Made by a program: the position numbers and the translations under genes. Of a stretch of DNA of 64,000 nucleotides, positions 49,728 through 58,947 are shown piece by piece; positions within the stretch are counted from its first letter, which is position 1; every line of letters starts with the position of its first letter. Source of the DNA: Nitrospirales bacterium (GTDB lineage Bacteria; Nitrospirota; Nitrospiria; Nitrospirales; UBA8639); assembly GCA_965223295.1 (NCBI GenBank), contig CBDCWC010000002.1, positions 1,344,001 to 1,408,000 on the forward strand, in the 5' to 3' direction. The notes below the pieces were generated by a model that made no database searches, was not told the DNA's origin, and saw nothing but the letters and a program-made list of their open reading frames with translations.

Positions 49728-51412
49728 TCACTCACTCCTTTGCGTCGGTACTCAGCATTCGTCTCATGCAGTTCATGTTGAATTCTCGCTTCATTCCAAT
49801 TCATTTCTCTAGCCATAAGCATGGCACACCTCCGTAGACATTCATCTCCGGGATGCCCCATGGCGCCAAGTTCCGTTCGCCGAAACACAATATCACTCAA
49901 AGTCTGAGCCATTTCTCTCCTTACACCATGAATAATTTCGGCTTTGGTCACGATCATATGGGGCTCAACCTGATCTCCTAGAGCAAGATCTTCTTCGCTA
50001 TATTGAAATATGTCACGAAAATTCGAACCGTAAGTATCCACAACATGTTGGACCACCTCTTGAGACATTCTCTTGGGCTTTTGGCTTATTGCGTCCCGTA
50101 AGAGTTCTTCGTGGGAAAGAAAGTTCCCTCCGTAAACCGGGACGGTCGCAGTTGTACATGGCACTGATTTTTTCCCAAGCTTGCGAAACACTAAATCAAT
50201 GGTCTTTTCCGCTACTCCTCGGGCAGTTGTAAACTTTACCCCGCTCACTGAAAGTATTCCTCGAACACCATCAATTTTTTCATGATCGTGAATCACGGGA
50301 TGCTTGGCCAATTGAACATCATTGTTCACCCCAGAAGTAACCGCTCGTGGAAGAAGACCCCAGTTGACTAAATGTACATCGTTTCGAGCAATCACAGCTT
50401 CGGGTAAACTAGCATTAATTTCTTTTAGCTGGGACTCAATTTCTTCTTCTGTCACACAAGCGTCATCCGGGCTTCCCTCATATCGTGTTTGAAAAGTTCC
50501 AACTAAACATCGATTTTTCCAGGGAGTCATGAAAAAATACCGGCATCCTTTATTCACAACAGCATCAACATCTACGTAGGTATATCGGCTAGGAACACCA
50601 AGAGCTATAGTATCCACAATGGGGTTTGTGACGAGGACGATAGCTTTGAGCAAGGGGAGTTGAGTTCGCGGGAAGCCCTGACGAGTCTTCATAGGCCACA
50701 TCTGATCAAGCCATGGCCCACTACAATTGACGACAAATTTTGCTCGAATTTCCAGTGAGTTATGGGCTAATACATCCTCAGCTTCCACTCCGACCGCCGA
50801 GCCATGGGTCACGAGAAGCGTAGACACCCTGACATAGTTCAGTACATCTGCGCCGTGATCGTGAGCAGACAGCAACATCGACAGTAAAAGACGTTCAGAG
50901 TTATGCACTTGGGCATCAAAATAATAGGCTCCACCGGTCAATTCATGTTGATTAATCATTCCACAATGCTCAAGGCATTTCTCATTCGATAGCACACGGC
51001 TTGCAGGAAACTGTAGCGATTCCGGCAAGTCGCGGTTCCGATCAAACGCAATGAAATCATTTGCCATCAGTGCAATGCGCAGCAAAGACTTCTTCGCCCC
51101 AATATTCTGGTAGGTTGGGATCAAAAACGGCATAGGCTTCACAAGGTGAGGAGCCATACGAACGAGTGCACGTCTCTCATAAATTGACTGCCTCATTCGA
51201 ATCAAATCGCCATGCTGTAAATACCGCAATCCTCCATGAATGATCTTATGGCTATTACCAGAAGTTGCATGTCCAAAATCACCTTTTTCCAAAAGAACAA
51301 CTTTCAATCCGCGTAAGGCCGCATCACGCGCAACACAGGCTCCATAAATCCCTCCTCCAATAACCAACACATCATACTCTTGCCTTGTGATGTCTTCGGG
51401 TACTCGATTCAT
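49694..51412 (-). CDS. glpD: FAD-dependent glycerol-3-phosphate dehydrogenase/oxidase-like protein
   Basis: DVLVIGGGIYG, DAALRGL, IHGGLRYL, APHLV, GVKFTTAR, RRTELG; the substrate may differ from G3P. Confidence 0.8.
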   Translation of the reverse strand: MNRVPEDITRQEYDVLVIGGGIYGACVARDAALRGLKVVLLEKGDFGHATSGNSHKIIHGGLRYLQHGDLIRMRQSIYERRALVRMAPHLVKPMPFLIPTYQNIGAKKSLLRIALMANDFIAFDRNRDLPESLQFPASRVLSNEKCLEHCGMINQHELTGGAYYFDAQVHNSERLLLSMLLSAHDHGADVLNYVRVSTLLVTHGSAVGVEAEDVLAHNSLEIRAKFVVNCSGPWLDQMWPMKTRQGFPRTQLPLLKAIVLVTNPIVDTIALGVPSRYTYVDVDAVVNKGCRYFFMTPWKNRCLVGTFQTRYEGSPDDACVTEEEIESQLKEINASLPEAVIARNDVHLVNWGLLPRAVTSGVNNDVQLAKHPVIHDHEKIDGVRGILSVSGVKFTTARGVAEKTIDLVFRKLGKKSVPCTTATVPVYGGNFLSHEELLRDAISQKPKRMSQEVVQHVVDTYGSNFRDIFQYSEEDLALGDQVEPHMIVTKAEIIHGVRREMAQTLSDIVFRRTELGAMGHPGDECLRRCAMLMAREMNWNEARIQHELHETNAEYRRKGVSECTSQRSSVSL

Positions 51413-51532
51413 TTTTTGCTCAGCAAATCACTTGGCTCTGTAGCCACCTTTTTAGACATAGGCACCGAGCCCACTTGCAAACTTTAGAGCAAAACATCCC
51501 ACGCAGCCCCAGAGCTGCCATGAGGGAAGTAT

Positions 51533-52210
51533 TTAGGACGATGTGGCCTGTTGAACCACCATAGCCACGGCAATATTAGTCGTATGAGAGATACTTACTG
51601 CGAAAGGAATAGGGGTAGGAATGCCATCTTGATAATGCCGGAGGATCGGCGACGCCTCAGCCTTGGAAACTAACTCAATGTTTTTCATTTCTTCATGAAG
51701 ATAGGATGGCTGGCATTTCTTCAGAGCTTCTTTGGCACACCAGCGAGCAGCAAAATGCATGCGTGGATGGTCTTGGAGCAAGCAATAGGCAATCTCAACT
51801 GATGAAAATGAATTGGTATAAAAAGAATCTTTCCAATAGTCATCAACCTCAGGAAAGCCTTCAACCATCTCAACATCTATTCCGCAACTCATTCCGGTTC
51901 CCGCTCCCATGCCATTGAACATAACGGGAACAGCTGTTTCAGAGTTTGATTTTTGAGAGACAGCTGCAACGGACGCGCCTGACTCGTCGTGAGAAGCCAC
52001 TCCTAACACTGCCTTATGCAACTCCCCATATGTTTTGGCTGAATACACCCCACGGCATGTGACTCCAAGACGATGCCGAATTGCCGCATCAAGCTTGGCC
52101 CGAGCCAAAGACCCTTGCATACGCCTCGTTGACAAGAGAAAATCTTCGTGAACTTTGGTCACGTCGGCTTCAAACAGTTCAGCAACGATTTGCTTAAGCT
52201 TGGCTTCCAT
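51533..52210 (-). CDS. Fusion of an ACP-like carrier domain and an AcpS-type 4'-phosphopantetheinyl transferase
   Basis: N-terminal LKQIVAELF...GSLARAKL...LGV helix pattern; C-terminal GIDVE, FAARWCAKEA, VSISHT. Confidence 0.8.
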   Translation of the reverse strand: MEAKLKQIVAELFEADVTKVHEDFLLSTRRMQGSLARAKLDAAIRHRLGVTCRGVYSAKTYGELHKAVLGVASHDESGASVAAVSQKSNSETAVPVMFNGMGAGTGMSCGIDVEMVEGFPEVDDYWKDSFYTNSFSSVEIAYCLLQDHPRMHFAARWCAKEALKKCQPSYLHEEMKNIELVSKAEASPILRHYQDGIPTPIPFAVSISHTTNIAVAMVVQQATSS

Positions 52211-52218
52211 CTTTACGT

Positions 52219-53601
52219 CTACCACCCCCGCATGCAGACACTACATAGGTATCCGCGCTTTCCGTCTGGCTTCACCGTCTGCACCATAAAGTGATCCCAG
52301 TGCTCGAAGTGATCCCACTCCTGAATTTTTGAAAGCGGGGTCAGACAACGTGAACAACTAAGTTTGTCGACTTCTTCCACACCTTCATCCTTCTTTGGAC
52401 CATCAACAAGTGCGGCTTCATAAGCCTGCAGATGCTCACCTAATTCACCCAAAAACTTAGCAGCTTGACGTCCCTCTGAAACCTGATGATCAAACGCTAG
52501 AATCAGATTAAAGACCCCTTCACGGCTACCAGGCGGGAAAAATTCTCCGCCGACACCAAGAATCGCAGACTGCCCTTGATTGAGAAGCGGATGAAACGCA
52601 AAGACCCCCTCACCCGACAGATCAGTTACGGTACAGGTGCCGCCTTGGAGATCTTCACTGGAAAGGCCATTCCCCAGATATGACACCATTAGTTCCTGCA
52701 TTTCACGTGTGATCTGAGCAATGCTCTTGCTGTCAGCAGCATGGATCACCGGAACCTTCAGTCCAAAATCCCCATCAATGGCAAACCCGACATTGATTTC
52801 TTCATAGAAATTGACATGTTCATCTTGATAGAACGCATTGAACCATGGATAGTGTCGTAACAAACGAGCCATTTCAAAGATAATCACGGCAGTAGTCGTA
52901 GCTTCAACATTCATATTCTGATCAACCGCCGCACGGAGACCCTTCGTTGGGATGGCGACCGTAATCACGCTCGGCAAAGCATTCTGATATCCAGAAGATA
53001 GATATCCGATTTCCGTTCGTTTACTTTTTGGCAACTTTTCTGTTTGAAATGGAACCCCTGTCGCAGGAACCGGCGAAACGTTTGATTTCAACTGCTCTAC
53101 CTTGACAGGACGAGGAGAAGAAGGCTGTGCAGGACTCTTTTCACCTAATTCCACAAGAATATCTTCAGTTCTCACGAGACCTCGATCTGCGAATCGGTCT
53201 GGTGAAAGACCACGCTCCTCTAACAAGGCCTGAGCTTTCTTCGTAAAGTGTGACGAAGACTGTTCCCTGGGCTGAGAAACCCTGGGCTCTTGTCCATTTT
53301 TCATCGTATTCGACAAAGGAGTCTTTGCTAGTCCACCGTCATCTGGTAAAGCTGCAGAGTCGTCACTTCGGATGCTGCACAGCATTGCTCCGACATTAAT
53401 ATCAGTACCCGGCTCAATAGAATATTCCAAAACTCCTGTGGCCGGAGCCTCAATTTCCATGACGGCTTTACTCGTTTCAATCTCAGCAATCATCTGTCCT
53501 TGTATCACCTTCTCTCCAGTGGGAACAGACCAAGACAACACCGTCACGGACTCGTCGTTCACGTTATCTTGTGGAATGATGACAGGAATACTATTTTTCA
53601 T
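52219..53601 (-). CDS. Dihydrolipoamide acyltransferase (E2)-like protein with C-terminal Cys4 extension
   Basis: Lipoyl motif IETSKA, GLKVPVI, DLQGGT, LAFDHQVSEG; tail CSRC...CSVC. Confidence 0.85.
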   Translation of the reverse strand: MKNSIPVIIPQDNVNDESVTVLSWSVPTGEKVIQGQMIAEIETSKAVMEIEAPATGVLEYSIEPGTDINVGAMLCSIRSDDSAALPDDGGLAKTPLSNTMKNGQEPRVSQPREQSSSHFTKKAQALLEERGLSPDRFADRGLVRTEDILVELGEKSPAQPSSPRPVKVEQLKSNVSPVPATGVPFQTEKLPKSKRTEIGYLSSGYQNALPSVITVAIPTKGLRAAVDQNMNVEATTTAVIIFEMARLLRHYPWFNAFYQDEHVNFYEEINVGFAIDGDFGLKVPVIHAADSKSIAQITREMQELMVSYLGNGLSSEDLQGGTCTVTDLSGEGVFAFHPLLNQGQSAILGVGGEFFPPGSREGVFNLILAFDHQVSEGRQAAKFLGELGEHLQAYEAALVDGPKKDEGVEEVDKLSCSRCLTPLSKIQEWDHFEHWDHFMVQTVKPDGKRGYLCSVCMRGW

Positions 53602-55559
53602 ACATCCATCATTTCTAAGGCCATTTTGACGACATGCTTTTCACCAGGCAGACATTGTTTTTCAAGCGGGCCACATGAGGGAATCGGATGGTTCGGGGAA
53701 GCGACTCGACGAACCTGCCGAAGCACGCCGGGCATCAGCTCTGAGATTTGCGCCAACACCTCAGAGCCAAGTGCTGCAAAATTTATCCCTTCCTCAACGA
53801 TCAAAAGCTTTTGAGTCTTTTGAAGCGATTCCAGTACAGCCCATGGATGAAAGGGATACACCTGAATGGGACAGATCACTTCGCAAAAAATTTCATACTC
53901 GTCACATAACTCTTGTACGGCACGTTCGACGTCCACCAGCATACCGCCATAACATAATATCGTGAGATCAGGATGACCTAATGGACGTATACGTGTTGCC
54001 GGGAATTGCTCGTTGGTATGCTCCAGCACAAATCCGTCAGGAACTTGATCAGACACACGAAGTCCATAGAGCAATTTATTTTCAATAAGGATCGTCGGAC
54101 GATCAATGGAAGAAAACACTTCATCATACACAAGCCCAGCATCACAGCGAGAATGGAGGGCCAACATAGTTGTACCTGGAAGGCCCATAAAATGCTTTTC
54201 AATACTTTGGCTGTGCGTCGGGCCATAACCACGCTTGCCTCCCATCGGCGTGCGCACCACCAACGGTACGCGGACTTGCTCGTTATACATGTAACGAAAC
54301 TTGGAGGCGTGATTGAGCAGTTGATCAAACGCAAGCCCCAAAAAATCACCAAACATTATTTCGCACACCGGCAACAAACCGTTCAGCGCCAGCCCATTGC
54401 CCAACCCAACCAGTGCCGATTCGCTAATAGGTGTATTCCGCACACGGCCTGGAAACTCTTGGCTCAAATTCTTGGTTACTTTAAAGGCACCACCATAGGG
54501 CCCCTCAATATCTTCTCCAATCAAGATGATTTTATCGTTCCGCTTCATGTTACGCTGAAACGAAAGATGAATCATATTCACCATTCGTTCGGATGACGAA
54601 ATCTTCGTGGTCATCCATTCCGTCGTGGTCGCCTCTCTTTTCTCCACCGCAACCACACTCATTTCAGAATAGGGAGCTTCATCTGAACGAGAGACCGCAG
54701 CATCAATGTTTGCTTGAATTTTCCGATCAATGGCCTCAACTTGCTGTCTATCAGCCTGTCTGCGAAAAATTTCAATCGGATCTTTGGCCCAGTACTCATT
54801 CACTTCTTCGGGGTCACGGTCATCGTCTCCCTTGGAATGTGCCATGAGCCGATATGTGTCAATTTGCAAGAACAAGGGGCGGCATTCGCTTCGTACATAC
54901 TCAATACAGTCTGCCGTCGTCACCAGGAGTTCTTCAGGTTCCCAAGTGTTTGAATGAGCAGTCTTTATGCCAAAAGCATCACCACGCGCCAGAATACTTC
55001 CAGCTAAAGTCTGTCTCTGTGAGGTACTCTGAGCATAGTAGTTGTTTTCAAGTACCACTAGTAAGGGCAATTCCCAACGTGAAACAAGATTGAGAGATTC
55101 GTAGAGTGCGCCTTCTCCCAATGTGCCATCGCCAATAAAGACCACCGCAATGAATCCCGTCTTTAAAACCTTTTGAGCCATCGCAAGACCTGCAGCAACT
55201 GGAACAATGCCGCCTTGAATTCCATTGCTATAAAACCCCTGAGAACAGATGTGCTGACTGCCTCCCCTTCCGCCGCACATGCCATTTTGCTTGCCCATAA
55301 TCTCTCCGATGAGACCTTCAACATCGCCTGTTTTCGCTAAATAATGCCCATGGCAGCGATGATTACTAAACACAAGATCACCATCTCTTAACGATTCGGC
55401 AACGGCCACCCCTGTCCATTCTTGCCCGATACAAGTATGAACAGTTCCAAACAACCGTCCTTCTTTAAACAATTCAAGGAGCCTCTGCTCAACACTTCGA
55501 ATCAGCATGGCCTTTGTATACAGCTGGATGTCTAATGTCGAGGATTTTTCTGTAATCAT
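53598..55559 (-). CDS. Fused E1 alpha/beta TPP-dependent 2-oxoacid dehydrogenase/transketolase-like protein
   Basis: HTCIGQE, SNHRCHGH, GDG...ENN TPP motif, YRLMAHSKGDD, IGEDI, NTPISE, GPTHSQ. Confidence 0.92.
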   Translation of the reverse strand: MITEKSSTLDIQLYTKAMLIRSVEQRLLELFKEGRLFGTVHTCIGQEWTGVAVAESLRDGDLVFSNHRCHGHYLAKTGDVEGLIGEIMGKQNGMCGGRGGSQHICSQGFYSNGIQGGIVPVAAGLAMAQKVLKTGFIAVVFIGDGTLGEGALYESLNLVSRWELPLLVVLENNYYAQSTSQRQTLAGSILARGDAFGIKTAHSNTWEPEELLVTTADCIEYVRSECRPLFLQIDTYRLMAHSKGDDDRDPEEVNEYWAKDPIEIFRRQADRQQVEAIDRKIQANIDAAVSRSDEAPYSEMSVVAVEKREATTTEWMTTKISSSERMVNMIHLSFQRNMKRNDKIILIGEDIEGPYGGAFKVTKNLSQEFPGRVRNTPISESALVGLGNGLALNGLLPVCEIMFGDFLGLAFDQLLNHASKFRYMYNEQVRVPLVVRTPMGGKRGYGPTHSQSIEKHFMGLPGTTMLALHSRCDAGLVYDEVFSSIDRPTILIENKLLYGLRVSDQVPDGFVLEHTNEQFPATRIRPLGHPDLTILCYGGMLVDVERAVQELCDEYEIFCEVICPIQVYPFHPWAVLESLQKTQKLLIVEEGINFAALGSEVLAQISELMPGVLRQVRRVASPNHPIPSCGPLEKQCLPGEKHVVKMALEMMDV

Positions 55560-55603
55560 AATGTATCGACTCTGTTGAACGAGACAGATGCTGTTGACAC
55601 CAT

Positions 55604-56374
55604 CTACAGTAATGACTCGCCGCGCGGCAGAAGGAGAAGTTTCCGATTAGGAATGGCAATCGCAAAATCAGGAATGTCCTCAGTCACCACTGTTCCTGAA
55701 CCAATCACACAACCATTTCCAATGTTCACACCATCTTGCACAATCACTCCCGAACCGATCCACACATCATTTCCAATAACCACAGGGCCATTAGAATACA
55801 ACCCTTGCTCCATCATCGGAATCTCTCTATCAGCCGTATGATATCGTCCGCCACCAATATAACATTGACCTGCCATCATCACTGATTTCCCCAATGAAAT
55901 GCCCCCAACCGAACTCAACTGGCATTGGCTGCCAATTGAACAATAATCTCCGATAGAGATGGGACCAGCTTTAGCCTGTATGATTGTACTGCGAGCAATC
56001 AACACATCATTGCCGATTGTTATGCCTTGGGATTCGGCGCCCTTTGCATCGACTAAACAATGATCATCAATCGCCACACGATCCCCAAGCTGGATTTTTC
56101 CGGGATGACGAAGGGAAATATTTTTTCCCCATACCACTCCAGATCCAACTTTTTTGCACAGCAAAGGAAAGAATTGTTTTCGCAGGAGTAGTCCCAGGGC
56201 TCCTGGGAAAGAGCCAAGACACATCGTCAAGAATTCAAACTTAGCCAACGCTCCAACACTCGAAGAACCCACAAAAAAATTCTGATATTTTTTCAATGCG
56301 GACGTATCAGTTTCGGCCAAACTTTTCGCAAAGGGCTGCTTCGAGATTGTCTGTCCAGACTTGGTCGAAATCAC
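55604..56374 (-). CDS. Hexapeptide-repeat (LbH) O/N-acyltransferase
   Basis: Repeated I-G-x-x-V hexapeptides (IGNDVLI, IGDYCSIG, IGNDVWIG, IGNGCVIG, VVTEDIP). Confidence 0.9.
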   Translation of the reverse strand: MISTKSGQTISKQPFAKSLAETDTSALKKYQNFFVGSSSVGALAKFEFLTMCLGSFPGALGLLLRKQFFPLLCKKVGSGVVWGKNISLRHPGKIQLGDRVAIDDHCLVDAKGAESQGITIGNDVLIARSTIIQAKAGPISIGDYCSIGSQCQLSSVGGISLGKSVMMAGQCYIGGGRYHTADREIPMMEQGLYSNGPVVIGNDVWIGSGVIVQDGVNIGNGCVIGSGTVVTEDIPDFAIAIPNRKLLLLPRGESLL

Positions 56375-56483
56375 GCTCGCTCTTTCTCCTAGTATCTCCA
56401 GATTTTTAAAATTTCTTCATGAACTAGTTGTTGGCCTTTTCAATCTGCCAATCACCCTGTATGAAAGATACATCCCCATAATA

Positions 56484-56510
56484 GTATCGGCCCTGACTCT
56501 GGACTGATTA
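56484..56510 (-). promoter_or_regulatory. Sigma-28-like promoter
   Basis: Minus strand TAAT-N15-GCCGATAC, about 110 bp upstream of the acyltransferase start. Confidence 0.45.
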
Positions 56511-56774
56511 AGAGAAAACAGCAATTTTTCGTCACTTTACTCAATCCAAATCATCAGTCCCTAGGAAAAAGGCTTTCCCAGCCGAAAAAGACGTAATCTT
56601 TTTATTTTAAAGATTCCCATTAAAAATGTAACCCTACTCCTGAAACAAATTCGCCCTGATATCAAGTCAACATTGCCTAAGAGTGTCCCACCCTCTGCTC
56701 TCTTACGGAACTGATACTAAGAGTTCGCTCATCAATGAAAGATTACGCCCATGATATCCCAGAACTATCTTTCA

Positions 56775-56965
56775 GAGACTGTTGAATAATGATGATATCA
56801 ACGGCCACATTTCATGTCTGAGGGGTAACATGTCAGAGACCTCAGGTTTGTTCAAAAAAGTCCGTTCAGCAAGGCCACAGCTATTTTTGCGCGCGGAGCA
56901 GACTGGCAGTATGTGAGCACGGGAAAATAGCGAGAACGCCGCTGACGGCTTTTTTCAACAAACCC
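56775..56965. mobile_element. 191-bp MITE-like element with 5-bp flanking duplication
   Basis: Ends GAGACTGTTGAATAA / TTTTTTCAACAAACCC; internal TIR-like copy GGTTTGTTCAAAAAAGTCCGTTCAGC from 56845; TTTCA at 56770-56774 and 56966-56970; second copy at 1-103. Confidence 0.85.
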
Positions 56966-57029
56966 TTTCAGAAAAAATGAGAACCCCTTCATAGCAAAAG
57001 GCAACTCCTTCTGAACACTATACGGAGGG

Positions 57030-57854
57030 TCATTCCGGAAGCAAGGAATGGATAGGCCCGAAGGAAAAATCTTGGAGGAGTCGAGTCAGACGGCCCCGCA
57101 CTTTGTCTAAGTTGAGGTAGTGCCGAAACTGAGAAAGAAAAGACCCACGCATACGTGGTTGTCCAGGGTCCAGCTCCCAGGGATGCAAATACATGATAAG
57201 GGGTTGGCCTTGCTGTTCAACTCGACGCAACAGTTTCTTGAGAAGAGGATAAGGAAATAATCGAAAATACCCGCCGCCCGCAATGGGCAAAGTGAATCCA
57301 GCCACATGACATGTTGATGGCGGAACTTCCACCAAAGGGCCGGAATCTGTTTTCAACGTATGAATAGCGGGGTTCGCTCCGGGGATACCATAGTAATCAT
57401 GCACAATGGGGACAATACTTGAGTCATACCGATAACCTTCTTCAACTAAAATAGGCAAAGCCCATTCGGTTTCCTTGGTCACAGAAAATGTCGGCGCGCG
57501 ATACCCCAGAACTGGTGTTCCGCCAATGTCTTCTAAAAGTTTTTTGGCGCGCTTCACATCCTCTCGAAAAGCTTGTGGACTTTGTCCCGTGATTAATTCA
57601 TGGCCATAACCGTGAGAGGCGAGTTCATGGCCCGCTTCCACGATACGTTTCACCAACGCTTTGTTGCGTTCCGCCACCCAGCCAAGCACAAACATAGTGG
57701 CCTTGATTCCTCGTTGGTCCAATACTTCGAGAATCACTTCAGTGTTTTGTACAACTCGGCTATCTTGGCTTTCCCAATTGCGGCGACGTGCTGCGCTGTC
57801 AAACGCCGCCACTTGGAAATGCTCTTCAATGTCAAAACTTATCCCATGCAACAT
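57030..57854 (-). CDS. XrtA-system polysaccharide deacetylase
   Basis: SFDIEEHFQV, ATMFVLGWVAER, HELASHGYGH, GYRAPTFS, GGGYFRL, YLHPWELDPGQPR. Confidence 0.92.
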   Translation of the reverse strand: MLHGISFDIEEHFQVAAFDSAARRRNWESQDSRVVQNTEVILEVLDQRGIKATMFVLGWVAERNKALVKRIVEAGHELASHGYGHELITGQSPQAFREDVKRAKKLLEDIGGTPVLGYRAPTFSVTKETEWALPILVEEGYRYDSSIVPIVHDYYGIPGANPAIHTLKTDSGPLVEVPPSTCHVAGFTLPIAGGGYFRLFPYPLLKKLLRRVEQQGQPLIMYLHPWELDPGQPRMRGSFLSQFRHYLNLDKVRGRLTRLLQDFSFGPIHSLLPE

Positions 57855-57888
57855 ACGCTCATTTGATCCTTTTTCCCTGCTGTCATGA

Positions 57889-58947
57889 CTATCTTGCTCC
57901 GCTACCTTGCAAGACGACTCGAATGGTGCGAAATAAGATTTTGAGATCTAACCATAAGGACAAATTTTTCACATAATAGAGGTCATACTGAAGTTTGACA
58001 TGTGAGTCTTCTAATGACGAGGCATATTGAAAACATGTTTGCGCCCATCCTGTAATCCCTGGACGGACAGTATGACGTAAATCATAATAGGGAATCTGCG
58101 TTCGAAGATCTTGCACAAAATGAGGACGCTCAGGCCTGGGACCCACGAGACTCATTTCACCCTTGACCACATTAATGAATTGTGGCAGTTCATCTAACCG
58201 AAGTTTGCGTAACCAAAATCCTACCCTCGTGACTCGTGGGTCACCTAGCGCAGCCCATTTAACCCCATCAGCTTCAGCATCATGCCGCATGGACCGAAAT
58301 TTCAGAAGAACATAAGGGTACCCATGAAGACCCACCCGTGTTTGACGATACAGAATAGGGCCAGGGGAATCCAATTTTATACAAAGGGCAATTACGCTCA
58401 TCAACGGCCCTAAAAAAGCCAAACCACAACAAGCCCCAATCATATCTCCAGTCCTTTTTAAGGCCATCACAACTGGTTTTCGCTTGAAGCCCGAGGAGAA
58501 GATTAAAAAACTGGGTTTTAGCTCATCAATAGATAAACGACCACATTCCTCTTCATACATTCGATGCCCATCTAAGACATCGATGCCCATAGATTTACTA
58601 TCCAACAACGCATCCAGAGGCAGCCCCCCACGCCGATCCTCTACGCAAACTGCAATGGTCTGAACTTGATGAAATTCAGAAAGTTCAAAGAGCTGATCAA
58701 CTGTGCCTAATACCTTGGGATTGACGATACTGGTACCGATTCGAGATTGATCGCTGGACAGAAAACCAACCACTTCGTAACGATGAGAGCGGTCATAGAC
58801 CAGTACTCTGGCTAAATCATGAGCCAAATTACCATCACCCAAGATTAAGACGCGTTTTTTCAGCCCGAACCATTTGTAGGGTGAATATAAGAGAAGGTCT
58901 GATTTCGGCATGACCGTGGCCGAAGAATCGAGGTAGGTCTCGTTCAT
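57889..58947 (-). CDS. Priming polyprenyl-phosphate glycosylphosphotransferase (WcaJ/XrtA-type), lacking N-terminal TM bundle
   Basis: KFRSM, DPRVTRVG, RLDELPQ, MSLVGPRPERP, RPGITGWAQ, YDLYY; ATGA overlap with the wzc stop supports start 58947. Confidence 0.92.
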   Translation of the reverse strand: MNETYLDSSATVMPKSDLLLYSPYKWFGLKKRVLILGDGNLAHDLARVLVYDRSHRYEVVGFLSSDQSRIGTSIVNPKVLGTVDQLFELSEFHQVQTIAVCVEDRRGGLPLDALLDSKSMGIDVLDGHRMYEEECGRLSIDELKPSFLIFSSGFKRKPVVMALKRTGDMIGACCGLAFLGPLMSVIALCIKLDSPGPILYRQTRVGLHGYPYVLLKFRSMRHDAEADGVKWAALGDPRVTRVGFWLRKLRLDELPQFINVVKGEMSLVGPRPERPHFVQDLRTQIPYYDLRHTVRPGITGWAQTCFQYASSLEDSHVKLQYDLYYVKNLSLWLDLKILFRTIRVVLQGSGAR

